Below are positions 1-13,612 of a stretch of 64,000 nucleotides of DNA, piece by piece. Within the stretch, counting starts at the first letter, position 1, and each line of letters begins with the position of its first letter. A program made the translations under genes and the position numbers. Origin of the DNA: Vicugna vicugna (Eukaryota); the NCBI GenBank assembly GCA_013265495.1, contig MU058065.1:2953003-3017002 (forward strand), read 5' to 3'. The notes beneath the pieces were generated by a model that was not told where the DNA came from, did no database searches, and was given only the letters and a program-made list of their open reading frames with translations.

Positions 1-189
1 AGCAGCATCCGTTTCATTACTCAGCCTGAGGATGCCCAGAAGTACCAGGAGGTCTCTTAGTCTCCAGCCAGCTGCCCTTTCCTTCCCAAAATCCACTTTG
101 CAGACACGGAGGCAAGGCCTCCAGCTCTCTAAGCTTGATCTGTCCTGGATGGCAGTTGGGAGGAGAGCCTTGTGGCAGGCTGGACTGGT

Positions 190-810
190 GGTTAGGGGCG
201 GGGGGGTGGGGCCTAGATTCAAATAATGTCTCCACTGCTTGTGAACTGAGTGACTTTGGGCAGTGCCATGGACTGAACTGGGTCCCCTCAAAAGTCTTTA
301 TGTTGGAGCCTCATCCCCACCCATGTGACTGTACTTGGAAACAGGGCCTTTAAAGTGGTAATTGAGGTTAAATGAAGTCATAAGAAAGGGGTCCTAACCC
401 AATGAGAATTGTGTTCTTATAAGAAGGGGAGGAGACACCAGAGATGGGGGCGCACAGAGAAAAGGCCATGTGAGGACACAGAGGGTAATCATCTTCAAAC
501 CAAGGAGCCTCAGGAGAAACCAAACCTGCGACACCTTGCTCTTCAACTTCCAGCCTCCAAAACTGGGAGAAAATTAATTTCTGCTGTTGAAGCCCCCTCA
601 GACTGTGGGGGTTTTTGTTATGGAAGCCTCAGCAGATGAATACAGGCAGGTTTCTTAATCTCAGTCTCAGGTCCCCACTGTATGTGGAGATAATCATCAA
701 CCCCACCTCAAAGGCTCATGTGAAGATGGAAGGAGACAACGCCTGTAAGATGCCGGGCCAGTGCCTGACACAGAGGAAGGGCTCCACACAGGTAAGGGAT
801 TGCTTTTACT
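190..810 (+). mobile_element. MIR SINE split by the MLT1 LTR (~190-263 and ~650-810)
   Basis: gtgactttgggcag continues after the LTR as gtttcttaatctc...cagtgcctgacacagag, matching the MIR core and tail. Confidence 0.7.
264..644 (+). mobile_element. MLT1B-like MaLR solo LTR with perfect 5-bp TSD, inserted into a MIR
   Basis: TG...CA termini, MLT1 hallmarks (ggccatgtgaggacaca, acttccagcctccaaaactg, ttgttatggaagcc), TSD GGCAG at 259-263 and 645-649. Confidence 0.88.
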
Positions 811-1049
811 AGTACAACTCATCAATTTTTAAAACGCATAATATGAGGTCCCAAGAAGTTAAATCACAGCTCAAAAGCAGGTAGCTATTTGGCCAACCCG
901 ATTTGGGAGCCAGGATCCTCAGGTCAACATTTAAGCGTGTGAAACTGTTGGCTGTGTCGTCATGATCTAATGTAAGCAGCTGCCTGCATTTCTCAGCCCT
1001 GACAGCAGTGTAGGGTAGTGGTTAGGGGCACAGCAGCAGGGCCGAAACT

Positions 1050-1420
1050 GAGCTCTGACCAAGGGCAAGGCACTCTTCCAGGTACTGGAGATCCAGAAGC
1101 AAACAAGGCAGACAAGGTCTCAGTTCTCATGGGGCAAAGTTCTGCCAGCAGGAGGCAGATGCTAACTAAGCATAACAGAATCATGATCATTTCAGAGAGG
1201 GCTGAGTGAGTGCCCGGAGGGTGAGGGGGGTGGCCTCTCCGAGGAAAAGTCCCTCCAGGGGAAACCTGAAAAATAAGAAGGAGCCTGACAGGACAAGATC
1301 TCGGGGAAGGGAGCTTAAGCTCAAGGGACAGGCTGTTCAAAGTAAGTCCTGGAAGCAGGATGAAGCTGAGGTGCTTCAGGAAGAGCGAGAAGGAATTGTG
1401 ATGGTCAGCTTATCTTTGAC
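1050..1420 (-). mobile_element. L2 LINE 3' fragment
   Basis: ccaggtactggagatccagaagcaaacaaggcagacaaggtctcagttctcatgg resembles the antisense L2 3' end. Confidence 0.6.
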
Positions 1421-2330
1421 ACGCCTTCCTGCTCCTCTTCTTCTACCCAGAAGCCTGGCTTACTTACATGTTAATGTCCAAGAGGTGTTAATTATCATAG
1501 CGGAGAAAAAAAATCCATGCATCCTTTTCCAATTTAACTACACCCAAAGTAGGGCTGATTTCAAAGGGGAAAATCAAAAGGTAGTTGAAAGGGAAGGTGG
1601 TGGCAGAAACTGGCCGGCACTGAGCAGAGACGGAAGCCAAGCAACCGTTCATCAGAGCTAGGGAGGGCCTTGGAGATTACCTGCCTGATTTCAAAGACGA
1701 GGCTATGAGGGTTCAAGGATCCGATTAAAGGCACACGGTTAGGACAGTAGCAGAACCAGGACTAGAATACAGGCCTCGCAACTCTTAACCCAAACAAAAG
1801 GCTCATTTCCCCCATCCTGGTCAATACTTCCCTAAGCACCTGTGGGGTGAGAGGCAGGGATACGGTGAGTCTAGACAGAGGGTGGAGCCCATACTTCAGG
1901 GGTTTATGATAAAACCGAGGTTGAGAGGAACTAAGTAACTGCCCGCAGTTGCATGAGTAAAAAGTAGTAGAAGGTGCTTAAAACTACAGTCTGTCTGCTT
2001 TCAATACCTGAACTCTTAATTATGTATTAAGCAATGTGATGTTTTGGCACCTGCCAATCATACCCACTGGCTCGTTCCTGGTACTTAGAGGAGGTCACAG
2101 CTCCGACTTGAAGATGAAAATCAATCAAAGCAAACTCTCTTGCAATTATAGGCTCTTGGCAAACTAAGCCAAAATCCAAAACACCTTGGGAAATTGCCAG
2201 GATGGAAGGACTCTCACTCAGCACCCCAAGAAGCCTGTTGTGATATCTTCCTTTCCACCTCCCATTTTTCCTCAGCAATAGTGACTGCCTCTCCATGTGC
2301 TGCTCCAGCCCCATGCACTTACCTTCATTA

Positions 2331-2351
2331 CATATATATATATATATATAC
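2331..2351. repeat. (TA)n microsatellite
   Basis: catatatatatatatatatac seen directly. Confidence 0.9.
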
Positions 2352-3432
2352 AAAATTCTTATTCTAACTTATCAGAAATTTTTAAATTATTCTGCGTTAG
2401 AAATAAAGCAAAACATCTCTTGGGAAAAGCAAGATAATCAAAACTTCTGACATGAAGGAAAAAACATTGGAACCCAACAATCTGACAGCTCTCCACCCCA
2501 GGGCAGAGCTGTAAATATGCCCTCTCCCTGCGCCTCTTTACTTTTTAACACTCACGACCCTGAGCACCCGTCAGAAACAAGATAAAGGGCTGCCTAGGAA
2601 AAAAATATGACTAAAGTGTGTCGGTAGCCCTGAGGCCAAGGCTCTCTGCAGACTGTGATCCAAAAGTCGGGCCATTTTTTTTCCCACAGAGAAATAAAGA
2701 TCCAGGTGTAAGCCGCTTTAGATTCATACTTGAAAATCCTCAAGGACCATGCTCTGTTTCCACAGCTCTATTTTACATGCTTGTTTTATGAGTCTCTTGA
2801 TGCAAATCTAAACCTTGAACATTCTTCCACAAACTATGAATCTTTGAAGTATGATTCAAGGAAGAGGCTGTCTGGCAATCAAGTGCTAGCACCCAGAACT
2901 GATGAAAAACAAGGGAGGCCTTGGATGTTTAGAGGAAGTGCTTCCAGGCTGCAGCTATAAGAACAAACTCCTCCCATCACCATGGTAACACAGACAGAGG
3001 TGACACAGCCCTGCAATCACATTTGCTCATTTCTCCTCTGAAATTGGAGATCTTTTAAGATTACCTAACAAGGAAACAAAAGGAAGAAATAAGGGAGAGA
3101 AAGAAGGAAGGAAATGTTTAAGGCATATATTATTCTCTAGAAGTTGAGACACATCATAGAAACTTGTTCCTTAAGAAAATTTCCATCTTTTTTTTCCTCC
3201 TTTGTGGCTTCTCTCTCAGGTGAAAAGATCACTACTCTTTCCACGTTTGCTCAGCCTTGTACTTTTTGTGCTAATATCAACTTACCAATATCTGTTTGTT
3301 GAGTGCATGGTGTTTACAGAGCACTATATGGGATTATAAAAGGTGGAGAAAATACATTGTCCCAACATTAAGGTGAGTACAATCTAATTGAAAAAACTTT
3401 TTTTAAATCTTTAAATCATTTAAGAATATTCC

Positions 3433-3976
3433 TGTGGGAGATAATCTCCAGCGATGGTTCCATCATTTCCTCCCCTTTCTGCCTGCATGTTGCTTCACAC
3501 TTTAAGAGGTGGAGTCTGTCTCCCTTCCCCTTCTAACTGGGCTAGCTTTGTGACTCGCTTTTGACGAAGTGATGGAAGAAGTGATATTCCGGAACTTCTG
3601 AGTCCAGGCTTTAAAAGGACAGGTAGCTTCTGCTCACTCTCTATGGGAAGCCAGACATCACATAATAAGTCCAGCTATTCTAAAACCACCACGCTATGAG
3701 GAAGCCCAGCCTAGCCAGAGAGAGAGAGAGAGAGGCCCTACTAGCCCCCAGCTGTTCCAGCCATACCAACTAATTCACTAGATTTAAAAGCAAAGAAGCC
3801 ACCCTGGATGTTCTAGTCCCAGCAGACCCACGAGAAGAACCCCACAGCAGAGCCCAGCCCGCATTGCAGAAACATGAGAAATTAAAAAAAAAAAAAACTG
3901 TTATTGTGGCATTAAGTCACAAAGTTTTGGGGTTCAAGTGGAGTGATTTATAAAACAAGAAGAAATACCTGAAACA
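3433..3976 (+). mobile_element. MLT1F/G/H-type MaLR solo LTR
   Basis: TG...CA ends, aagaggtggagtct, gctttgtgactcgctttt, gaggaagcccagcctagcc motifs; near-TSD ATTCC/ACTCC. Confidence 0.78.
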
Positions 3977-4074
3977 ACTCCAAAGCAACATGGAAACCTG
4001 ATATTTTGTAATGCAATTAAATGTTATAAATGAGAAACACTGGGATGGGGTTTATTTGGAGACTGAGGCCTTAA

Positions 4075-4275
4075 ATGTCATTCACTAGTCTAAGAAATTT
4101 ACATGTGTTAATTCATTTAAACTTCATAATAACTTTTATGAAGGACATACCATTATTTTTTCCCATTTTATAGGCATGGGGGGTTTCCTGTCCAAGCAGT
4201 TAGTGACATTTCAGGATTCAAATGCAAACAGTGGCAGGTTCCAAATGCATGGACATAACCACTGCACTCTGCAAG
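4075..4275 (-). mobile_element. MIR fragment
   Basis: ttcatttaaacttcataataac...cattatttttcccattttatag is the antisense MIR core. Confidence 0.6.
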
Positions 4276-4379
4276 TGCTCACAGTAGAGGAGACTTGGGG
4301 GCTGAGTTGGCAGACAAAGCAGCACAAAAATTGACAAAGACGGGAGGGCTGCTCCAGGCAAGAGGGATGGCATAAGTCT

Positions 4380-4515
4380 TAGATCAGGTCAAACAGGGCC
4401 AATAACAGTACCTCACTCTTAGGGAAGTTTTAAAGATTAAGTAAGGTAATATATCCAAAGCCCCTAGAATGGAACTTGGAAAATTATAAGGGCACAGTCA
4501 AGGCTCGTTATTATT
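4380..4515 (+). mobile_element. MIR 3' fragment
   Basis: aataacagtacctcactc...aagattaagtaaggtaatatatccaaagcccctagaa. Confidence 0.55.
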
Positions 4516-4779
4516 AAAGATGAAAATCCATGCCTGGAGAGAGAGAGCTAACAGGCTGGTCACCACTGGTACAGACAGGACACTAAGTTTTGGTTTGGGA
4601 GCCTTGGGAAACTTGGCAGCCTTTTGCCAAAGGCATATCCAGTCTGTAACACCTGTAGGTTTCATTCTTGCCCATTATAAGAAGGTAAATTTTGCTTTAT
4701 CATCAGCACTACCCATTCACAGAAGAAAATGTGGCAAAACCTTCCTGTTCTAATGTTGAGCCCTCAGTGAATGTACCAC

Positions 4780-4925
4780 CTCATTCATCTCACTCAACAA
4801 ATATTAAGTTCTCACTGTGAACCAGGTACAGGACGGGAGATGGGAATGCAGCAGAGAAAAAAGATACAAATTTTTGCCATTTGAGAGTTTACATTCTAAT
4901 TGGGGAAGACATACAATAAAAAAAT
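4780..4925 (-). mobile_element. L2 3' end
   Basis: cattcatctcactcaacaaatatt...gagagtttacattctaattggggaagac. Confidence 0.6.
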
Positions 4926-5306
4926 AGCAAATTATTCTTAAAAATATAACTCAAAGAATTACAAGTCTTGGGACCCTCGCATGACTCTGCACCAGCCTCT
5001 GCCTCAGACTAGATTCACCTTCTCTTCCACTGAACATGTTTGCTGATCTAAAATTTCTTGTTGTTGCTGGTTGCCGTACATTTCAAAGCCGAAGGGTGAA
5101 ATAAGAAGTCAGGTTCCTGTTTTAAAAATACTAATTTTTTTTCTAGAACTACCTTATCTACTAAATGCTTATGAAATTGAAGTCCATGGATTTGGGTCTA
5201 GTCTTGGCTTGATCAGACCTAGCCATGTGACTCTCACCGTATCTTTGAAATGATACAATTTAACTTCTCTGAGTTTTGTCTTTATAAAATAATGGAATTG
5301 GTCAAT

Positions 5307-5462
5307 CAGTGGTTCTCAAAGTGTAGTCCCCAACTCAGCAGTATCAACATTACCTTGGGACTTATTAGAAATGCAAGTTCTTGGACCCTACTCCAGAATT
5401 ACTGAATCATAAACTCTGGGAGTGGGATCCAGCAATGTGAGTTTTAACAAGACCTTCAGGAT
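5307..5462. mobile_element. MER5A (hAT-Charlie) DNA transposon, partial
   Basis: cagtggttctcaaagtgtagtcc...ttagaaatgcaagttctt...actgaatcataaactctggg...ttttaacaagacc. Confidence 0.85.
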
Positions 5463-5574
5463 TTTTCTTTTTTTAAAAAAATCAATGTCAATGCAAATCC
5501 CAAAAGAAAGTCTTTATCCTTTCAGCTAGGCTTTCTTTTGAACTTCTGTAAGCAAAACTCAATATTCAATACTC

Positions 5575-6351
5575 TGGAGATTCTTTTAAAAACTAAAAAT
5601 AGACTTACCATATGATCCAGTAATCCCACTCCTGGGTATATATCCAGAGGGAACTCGAATTCAAAAAGACACATGCACACCAGTGTTCACAGCAACACTA
5701 TTTACAATAGCCAAGACAGGGAAACAACCTAGATGTCCATTGACAGATGACTGGATAAAGAAGTTTTGGTGTATATATATATATTATTATTAAAGATGGA
5801 AATCCACGCCTGGAGAGAGAGCTAACAGGCTGGTTATACACACACACACACACACACAATGGAATACTACTGAACCACAAAAAAATAATAAAATAATGCC
5901 ATTTGCAGCAACATGGATGGATCTGGAGCTTGTCATACCAAGTGAAGTAAACCAGAAAGAGAAAGAAAAATACGGTATAATAAAACTTATATGTGGAATT
6001 TTTTTTAAAAAGACACAAATTAACTTATTTACAAAACAGAAACAGACTCACAGACATAGAAAACAAACTTATAACTGCCATGGGGGAAAGAGTGGTGGAG
6101 GGAAAAACTGGGAGCTTGGGATTTGCAGATACTAACTACTATATGTAAAACAGATAAATAACAGGGTCCTACTGTATAGCACAGGGAACTGTATTCAATA
6201 TCTTGTAGTAACCCATAGTGAAAAAGAATATGAAAAGGAATATATGTATGTATATGTATGACTGAAACATGCTGTACACGAGAAACTGATACATTGTAAA
6301 GTGACTATATTTCAATTAAAACATTTTTAAGCTATTATAAAATTTTTAAAA
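5575..6351 (+). mobile_element. 5'-truncated lineage-specific L1 (ORF2 C-terminus + 3' UTR) with 11-bp TSD
   Basis: PYDPVIPLLGIYP and MPFAATWMDLELVIPSEVNQKEK remnants; TSD ATTCAATACTC at 5564-5574 and 6352-6362. Confidence 0.92.
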
Positions 6352-9030
6352 ATTCAATACTCACTTTATAATTCCCTCAAAATTTTCCAGCAATTTGCAG
6401 GCTTTCCAAGTTTGGGGTTTTTAATTTTTTTGTACTTTTCTCTCCTGTTGCTCTCTGTGCTAAATGACAAGCATGCTTGATCACACTTTATAAGTTAATT
6501 TGTGATCGTAATTTCTAGTCTCTTTCCTGTAAATTTCCTCATATTCTGAGTACTTGTTTCTCATGGTTGGCTCCATATTAACAATGCCTGCCTGCACAGA
6601 ACCTCTTTCCCCCAGGGTTCTCTAGCGTTTCACACAATATGAAGCAAATAATGCAAATCTTCTCTCCCATAGGAAAATGCAGCTTTCAAGACATGAGCAT
6701 GACTCAACAGGACAATACAACCACCACCACCAGAGACCAAGGAGGAATAGCATGAATTAGAGGGACACCTGGCAGATACCAGAGAGCCTAGGGGAATCAA
6801 AATAGGACCTATGTGCACAGTTGTAAATCTTCATTTGCTGTTCCTGATCACAAAAACTAAATTTTACACCTTCAACTAAAAATTCTATTTCCTTTCCACA
6901 GTCCCAGCACTTGGATGTTGCCTCTTCTTCTTTCTTAACACTGCTTCCACTACCTAGTTTCAACTCATAACCCGTGCCTGGCCAGTACTATGCCCTTCTG
7001 AGTTGCTTTATGTTTTTCCAGTGAAGATTTGATATTGACCAGGTTTGTTCAATAGGTAGAGGTATACACTGTTTTAGAAAGGACATTTAATATTTCAAAG
7101 ATTCTTTACAGCGGTCCACAAGGAGTTGCTTGATGTGACAGATGAGAGTGGAGAATACCAAAGTCTCTCTGCACTTTCTCTTATAACTTCTCATTCTCAG
7201 AATAGGACTGAGTTTTCCAGGAATATTCAATTGGGATACATCCCAATGTATGTCAGTTCCGCTACCCTGTTTGGAGACAATCTTTTTCAGTCATCTGGGG
7301 AAACATTTTTGTTTGTTTAAAAGTGGATAACATTTCAACGTAAGAACCCATTCGTGAACAGCTATCTCATAGAAGCTATAATCTTCTTTTAAGGTATTTG
7401 TTTACTTGTCCTTAAAGATAATTTGTCTGGGAAAAAGCTGGCTTACTTCAGGACCTGAGGTTTATTTTGGGTAGCATGGTTTTATTTGCATAATGTTAAT
7501 ATTCTGTAGAGCTCTCTAACTCCCAAAGCAATAGAAAAACAAGATGTGTTAACAAAACTAAACAGACGAGCAGTAACCAGAATCAGAGATTATGAATATA
7601 ATTACAAAAAGTGACATCCAAGAAATGAATGAATCAGTGTCTCCAAATAAGGTCAGCAGTGGTCAACGTCATGATCAATGGAACAGATCACCATTCATCA
7701 GGAAATTACTTTGTAGTCACAGCAATAATAAACGTCCTCATCTAAAGACTGGACATGGGGTTAGACTAACTGTCTCATAAGGCCCTTCCAGCCATAATAT
7801 TCTATTATTCCATGATTTCACAACATCTTTGAGGTAGAGCTGATTCTCATCCAAATTGTCCTTTAGGATTTGTTGACCTAGATGCTAGATAGGTTCCCAA
7901 AATACAACCCAGAGGACCCATACAAGGTCTGCCTACTCAGTCAGGGTTTTGCTGCAACTACAGATAATCACAGTTTTATCAGAAGTCTTAAACTCTTTAT
8001 GAAATAAGCCACTAAACCACAAGCAATCAACAAGTACTGGAGCATGGTAAAACTATAAATTTGGAGAAAAACAAGACATTTGTTAAAGTACCGTCACTTG
8101 ACTTCATCCATATGTCTCTTGCATGCTAGAAGATGGTGGGACAGACCTCACAAAAAGGTGGGGAAGAACTTGAAAAGAACCATGATTGAAAAAGCCCATG
8201 TTCAGGTAAACTCCTTGAAGAAAACCAAAGAGTTACGTAATGTGATTTATGGGGTTCTGGGGAAGATTAGCCATTTCAAAAACACTACCTACCCAGCCTT
8301 CCACAGACCTCAGATTCTCCTGTGATTCATTCTTTTTTTTTTATCTTACTCCTTAAATTAGGCCCTTATAAAAACCTTGAAATATTATCAACCATTACCA
8401 CCTTAAGGGAAATTATGTTTTATCAGAGTAGCTACTCACACACTCAGCAGGTCTCTATGAGAGGAGAATGCAAACAGGTAAGTGTTGGAATGAAGGAAGA
8501 CTCATCCAAATGTAGAGCCTCTGAAGGGAGTGGGGAGATCGGAGTGCCATGATAAGGAATCCTGAGATCCTAAAACAAAGGGAGAGAAGTGAAGCAAGTG
8601 TAAGGAGTAAGGACAAAGAAGGAAACTGGCGGTTGATGCAGAACTGCTGTGTGTTGGTCATGCTTCTACAAAGTTTACATTGATTCTTTCCTCTTATCCT
8701 CGGAATAAACTACCAGTTAGATATGATTAATCCCATGTTACAGCTGATGAGACTATAGGCTCAAAGGGGATAATAAATTTGTCCAAGTTGACAGAGCTAA
8801 CAAATGGCGGAATCTGGACATGGACTCCTAACCCTGTGACTCCAGAGCCTACACGTACTTCTCTCCACTGCAAGGCTTCCTACAATCATTCAGAAACCTC
8901 ATCTCTAGGTCACGTGCTCCTCACAGCGCCCAGCACAGCACTTTGCTACTTACACGTGCAGGCCCTTGAGGAAAAGGGGAACAGAAACACCAAAATTCAA
9001 ATTTATCTCCTCTCCAACTGTGCTTTAAAC

Positions 9031-9171
9031 CAATGGTTTTCAAATTGTGCATTTAACCATGAAAACTTGTTTTCAAAATAATCTTAAGCAACACCCAATC
9101 CACCCACCATGGTAGCCCAAAGCCTATTCGCCAACCCACATGATTGCCATGTAAAAGCTTAAAAACCACTG
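9031..9171. mobile_element. Small hAT-Charlie-type MITE remnant
   Basis: Terminal inverted repeats CAATGGTTTTCAA / TTAAAAACCACTG. Confidence 0.45.
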
Positions 9172-9174
9172 CAG

Positions 9175-9970
9175 AAAAGATACGAACGAAAACTTCACAA
9201 GTAAGAATATACGAATGATCGCTAAACACATGAAAAGTTGCCCAAAATCATTCACCATCATAGAAATGCATATTAAAACAACAATGCAAAACCACTGTAC
9301 ACGTACTTGAAAAGCTAAAATTTAAAAGACTGGGTTAACAGGGATGTGGAGCAACTGGAACTCTTAAAACATTGCGAGTGGAAATGCAAAATGGTACAGC
9401 CATTTTGGAAAACAGTTTGGCATTTTGTTTGTAAAGTTATAACAGATCATTACCATAGGTGAGCCAGCAATTTCACTCCTAAGTATTTACCCAAGAGAAA
9501 TGAGAGTACATGTCTACATCAAGACTTGTACATGAATATTCATTGTAGCTTTAGTAATAAGCACCCAAAATTAGAAACAGCCCAAATATCCATAAACAGG
9601 TGAATGGGTAAACAAATGTAGCATTTCATAAATGAAATAACCAATCAACAATTAAAAGGAAAGAACTATGGATGCACTCAACAACATGCATAAATCTCAA
9701 AAATATGCTGAGTGACAGAAGGCAGACACAAAACTGTACTGTGTGATTCCACTGACATGAAATGCTAGAAAAGACGAATATGATCTACAGTGATTGAAAG
9801 CAGATTAGCGGTTGTCTAAGGTTGGGGTGTGGGATGGGAAAGGATTGTGAAGGGGTACAGTGTTTGGGGCTAATGATGGTATTCTATGTCTTGATTATGG
9901 GATGTTTTCTTGGGTGCATAAATTTGTCAAAACTGAAAGAGCTTACAGAAGGTGTACATTTTACCTCAGT
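9175..9970 (+). mobile_element. Old L1M (L1MC/ME-like) ORF2 end and 3' UTR
   Basis: aaacacatgaaaagttg, gatgtggagcaactggaactct, cagcaatttcactcctaagtatttacccaagagaaat. Confidence 0.85.
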
Positions 9971-11326
9971 AAGGTTGGTTTTGAGGAGGGGAAATGCCAC
10001 CACAATTACCAAGGAATTGTTGAGGCGGAACTGGGTCCAATTATATAATCACTCAAGTGACATTTTGGTCCCTTCTCCTCACTGAATTTTTTATTTCTTC
10101 CAGTCTCCAACTCAGTTCTGCTTTCTGCTGCAACCCTATGAAGGATGGCAACTCCATCTGTCCTGCAAACTTTCAGTCAACTTAGTTACAAAAATACCCC
10201 CGGACCAAAGCCAGAGCTAATGAACATCTTAGACCACTTGGAAAAAGAAAGGCTATTTTTTGGCTTAGGATAATTGAGTTTCATTTCAAATCAGAGTCTA
10301 AGCTATTTTCTCTGTACTGAATCCAAATCACTCAAATTCCTGAAATTCGTCCATGGTTATTGTCTACCTGATGCCAAAATACCCTGATGAAAAGTGAAAC
10401 ATTCAGCCAGTTGTGTGAATTCTTTGTCCTGAAATCTAAAAGCTCAGCTATTTGGCAGGATAGAAGAACAGCTGAGCAGTCAACCGATGCTTCTGCTGTG
10501 GACTGAAACGCCATAGAATTGTGTGGATATGGTCTTCTGCAAAAATGAAAATGCAAAGTCCCAATGCCAGTGTCCCTCACTGTTGATCAAGGGGGATCCA
10601 CAGCATTTGAATCATGGATGTTTGGATCTTAAATGAAACTTGTCCAACTGCCTCTGTTTACAGATAAAGAAATTGAGGCTACTCCTATTCATCCTTTGAA
10701 ACCTTGGTCAAGTGCCATATTCTCTAGAGAGCCTTTCTCTACCTCTCCAGGCTGCTCTGTACTCTGACTCCCACAGCAAGCTAATACTGTATTCTAGTAC
10801 TCAGCTTATCACATTCAATCTGCTTATACATCTGTCTCCTCCTCTTACATTGCAAACAACATAAGTATAGGAGTATAAGCTCTGTACACCCAAATTCTCG
10901 CACACAGAGGGTGCTCAAAGAGTGCTTATTAAATGAACTTGGGTTGAGAATCTGAACAAAACTGCACTCCGAACACATCCTTTCTCCATACCCATGTGGT
11001 AGTGAAATGGTGATAGGGAAATTCACAAATTCTAGACTTACCGTTAGTCCTGGGCACTAAAAACTGAGTCATTAGGATTTCATGTTCTTTAGACAAAGAG
11101 AACACTAATAAAGTAAATTGTAACAAGCCAGCACAGTTCTTGGTATGTAACAGAAATGTTGTAATTTAGGGAAATTAAAATACATTAGTAAATATTTGTT
11201 ACATTAATATCAACCTATACCTAATAGCAATAGTTAACATTTGAATGTTTACCATCTATGAGGCACTATTCTGAGAAATACATGTGTGTATTAATTCATT
11301 TAACATAATTAGAAAGAATTTGGGGA

Positions 11327-11828
11327 TTTTTTTTTTTACTTTTTTATACAATTTTTAAAGGTTACTTTCCACTTACAGTTATTACAGAATATTGGCTATA
11401 CTCACTTTGTGGTACAATATATCTTTGAGCCTATCTTACCCCCAGTAGTTTGTCCCTCTCACCCCCTCAACCTCTATATTGCCCCTCTCCCAGCACTGGT
11501 AACCACTATATCTGTGAGTCTGCTTCTTTGTTGTTAAAGTCACCAGGTTGTATTTTTTAGATTCCATATATAAGTGATATCATACAGTATTTTCTTTCTC
11601 CATCTGACTTATTTCACTTAGCATAATGCCCTCCAAGTCCATCCATGTGGCTGCAAATGGCAAAATGTTGTTCTTTTTATGGCTGAGTAGTATTCCATAT
11701 ACAATTTTGTGTGTGTGTGTGTGTGTTTGTGTGTATATACCACATCTTTATCCATTCTTTTGTTCATGGACACTTAGGTTGTTTCCATATCTTGGCAATT
11801 GTAAATAATGCTGCTATGAACATCAGGG
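11327..11828 (-). mobile_element. L1 3' end (cetartiodactyl-type), antisense, with internal (TG)n
   Basis: Poly-T head, tctgacttatttcacttagcataatgccctccaagtccatccatg, ggttgtttccatatcttggc. Confidence 0.9.
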
Positions 11829-11924
11829 AGAAAGCATATTTTTTATGCTTATCACTAAAACTATATGGAACTTGATTTTACATTTTGAGACTGATCCCTG
11901 TGTCTCCTCCACCTGTGACTAAAT

Positions 11925-12140
11925 GAAAAACAAAGGTGATAGATTTTAACTAAGCTTAATTGTGGTAATTATTTATATATTTACATATATATACACACAC
12001 ATATATATGAAATCATTATGTTGTACACCTTAAACTATACAATGTTATATGTCAATTATATTTCAATAAAACTGGGAAAATATGTAAATAAAATGGAATA
12101 AAGCAAGCAAGAAAATTTTTAATTAAAAAAAAACAAAAGA
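11925..12140 (+). mobile_element. L1MA/MB 3' terminal fragment
   Basis: atcattatgttgtacaccttaaactatacaatgttatatgtcaattatatttcaataaa plus A-rich tail. Confidence 0.75.
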
Positions 12141-13399
12141 AATAAATATTTTAAATGACAGTAGTCAAACTTTCCCTAACAGTCTTTGTTTTCAAATTTC
12201 ATTCCCACAGCCTATCATGACTTTCCGTTTTTAAAAATGAGACTTACTTACCAAACTGAAAATATTCTTTAGATGACAAATTGTTCTTCCAGAATGACAT
12301 TTTGATTAACAGTGTAAGGGGCTAAAAGTATGAGGGTTAACATTTATTTCAATGAAAACAAGCACTCTAAAATCCAGAAGAACTCTGCTTAAAGTGAATT
12401 TATATGAGGCAACTGTTCCCAAAGTTTGGCCCAAAATATTTTCCCTCTCTGTGTTGTCTGTCACCATGGAGCTGGAGAAGATTCGGTAGATAAGGCAGAG
12501 AATGAACCTGACAAAATAAAATCTAATCAGGAGGGCTAGACTGGAAATTTCCATAAAAATGAAAAAGAAAAACAAAGGAATTGATTAACTCTTTCCATAA
12601 AAGGCTTAACTTCTATCAAATTGGTTAAATAATAAGCCCCTTGGCATAAAAAAAATTAACAAAAAATTATTTTTTGATTCAAAAAAAATGTTTCCAAGCA
12701 CTCTGAAGGTACTATCCAGTCATCTTTGTTAGATATTTAATATTTCCAACCCTAAAAGTGTCTTGATTTTCTCTGAATCATTCAGAGCACTAGAACAAAA
12801 TGATCTTGTACACATCTCAAAAATGAATGTTTATTCTTACATTAATTCAAATGACCTTTTCCCTTTCTTCCAGCCACTTTTCTGCATCTACAGTAAGTCC
12901 TGTGATGACTCTTCTATGCAAATCGACAGCTAGTAAATTTCCCACCCAAGGAGCGTGTCAGGCTTTGGTCTAGCCACTGCCAGTCTCAGGGAGGCACCTC
13001 AGAGCCTCCCTTCTCTTCCTTCTAGGACCCACCTGATCCTTGACCTTTCAGAGCCTGAGTTGCTCTCTTGACCTCTGGCTTTATTCCCACCACAGCAAGA
13101 CCATCCGGGGAACCATAAACTCAGTTCACGGCTTCACTTCATTTCCAACCTGTATTATGACAGTACCGCTCTGTCTACTGATCCTGAAAGGACAGTAGAG
13201 ACAATTTGGGTGGTGGTTTTGGATTTTGAAAGGTTTTATAGCTTCCCCAACTGGTTATAAGTTTTCAAACTCATGAAGAAGTGTGAACTTTAGATAAAAC
13301 CTCATGTGAATGCTCTTAGAACAGAAGAAAAAAATTATTATAAAATGTTACCTTTTGGGGAAAATGAGGGAAGACTCTAAAATGAAGGGTGGAAAAAAT

Positions 13400-13612
13400 A
13401 CGTGTGTTTGCCTCCAGTGGATGAGTTCAAATCTTAACTGCGGTCCTTATGAGTAGTTTGACTTTGGACACTTCCTGGAGCCTCAGTCTTTCACATGTAT
13501 GATAAATATAGAGCCAGCCATTGTAAAGACTGGATGAGACTATGTATTTAAAGGGACCAGAGACACATACCACTATGTGTATTCAATAAGTGGGCATTCA
13601 ATAAATATTAAT
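13400..13612 (+). mobile_element. MIR
   Basis: gagttcaaatctt...tgactttggac...gagcctcagtc...attcaataaatatt. Confidence 0.6.

Noticed and set aside
5698..6135. ORFs with L1 ORF2-like peptides (also 11626-11808, 33500-33859, 53295-53516, 63022-63694)
   Set aside because: Fragments of decayed, truncated L1 copies, not genes.
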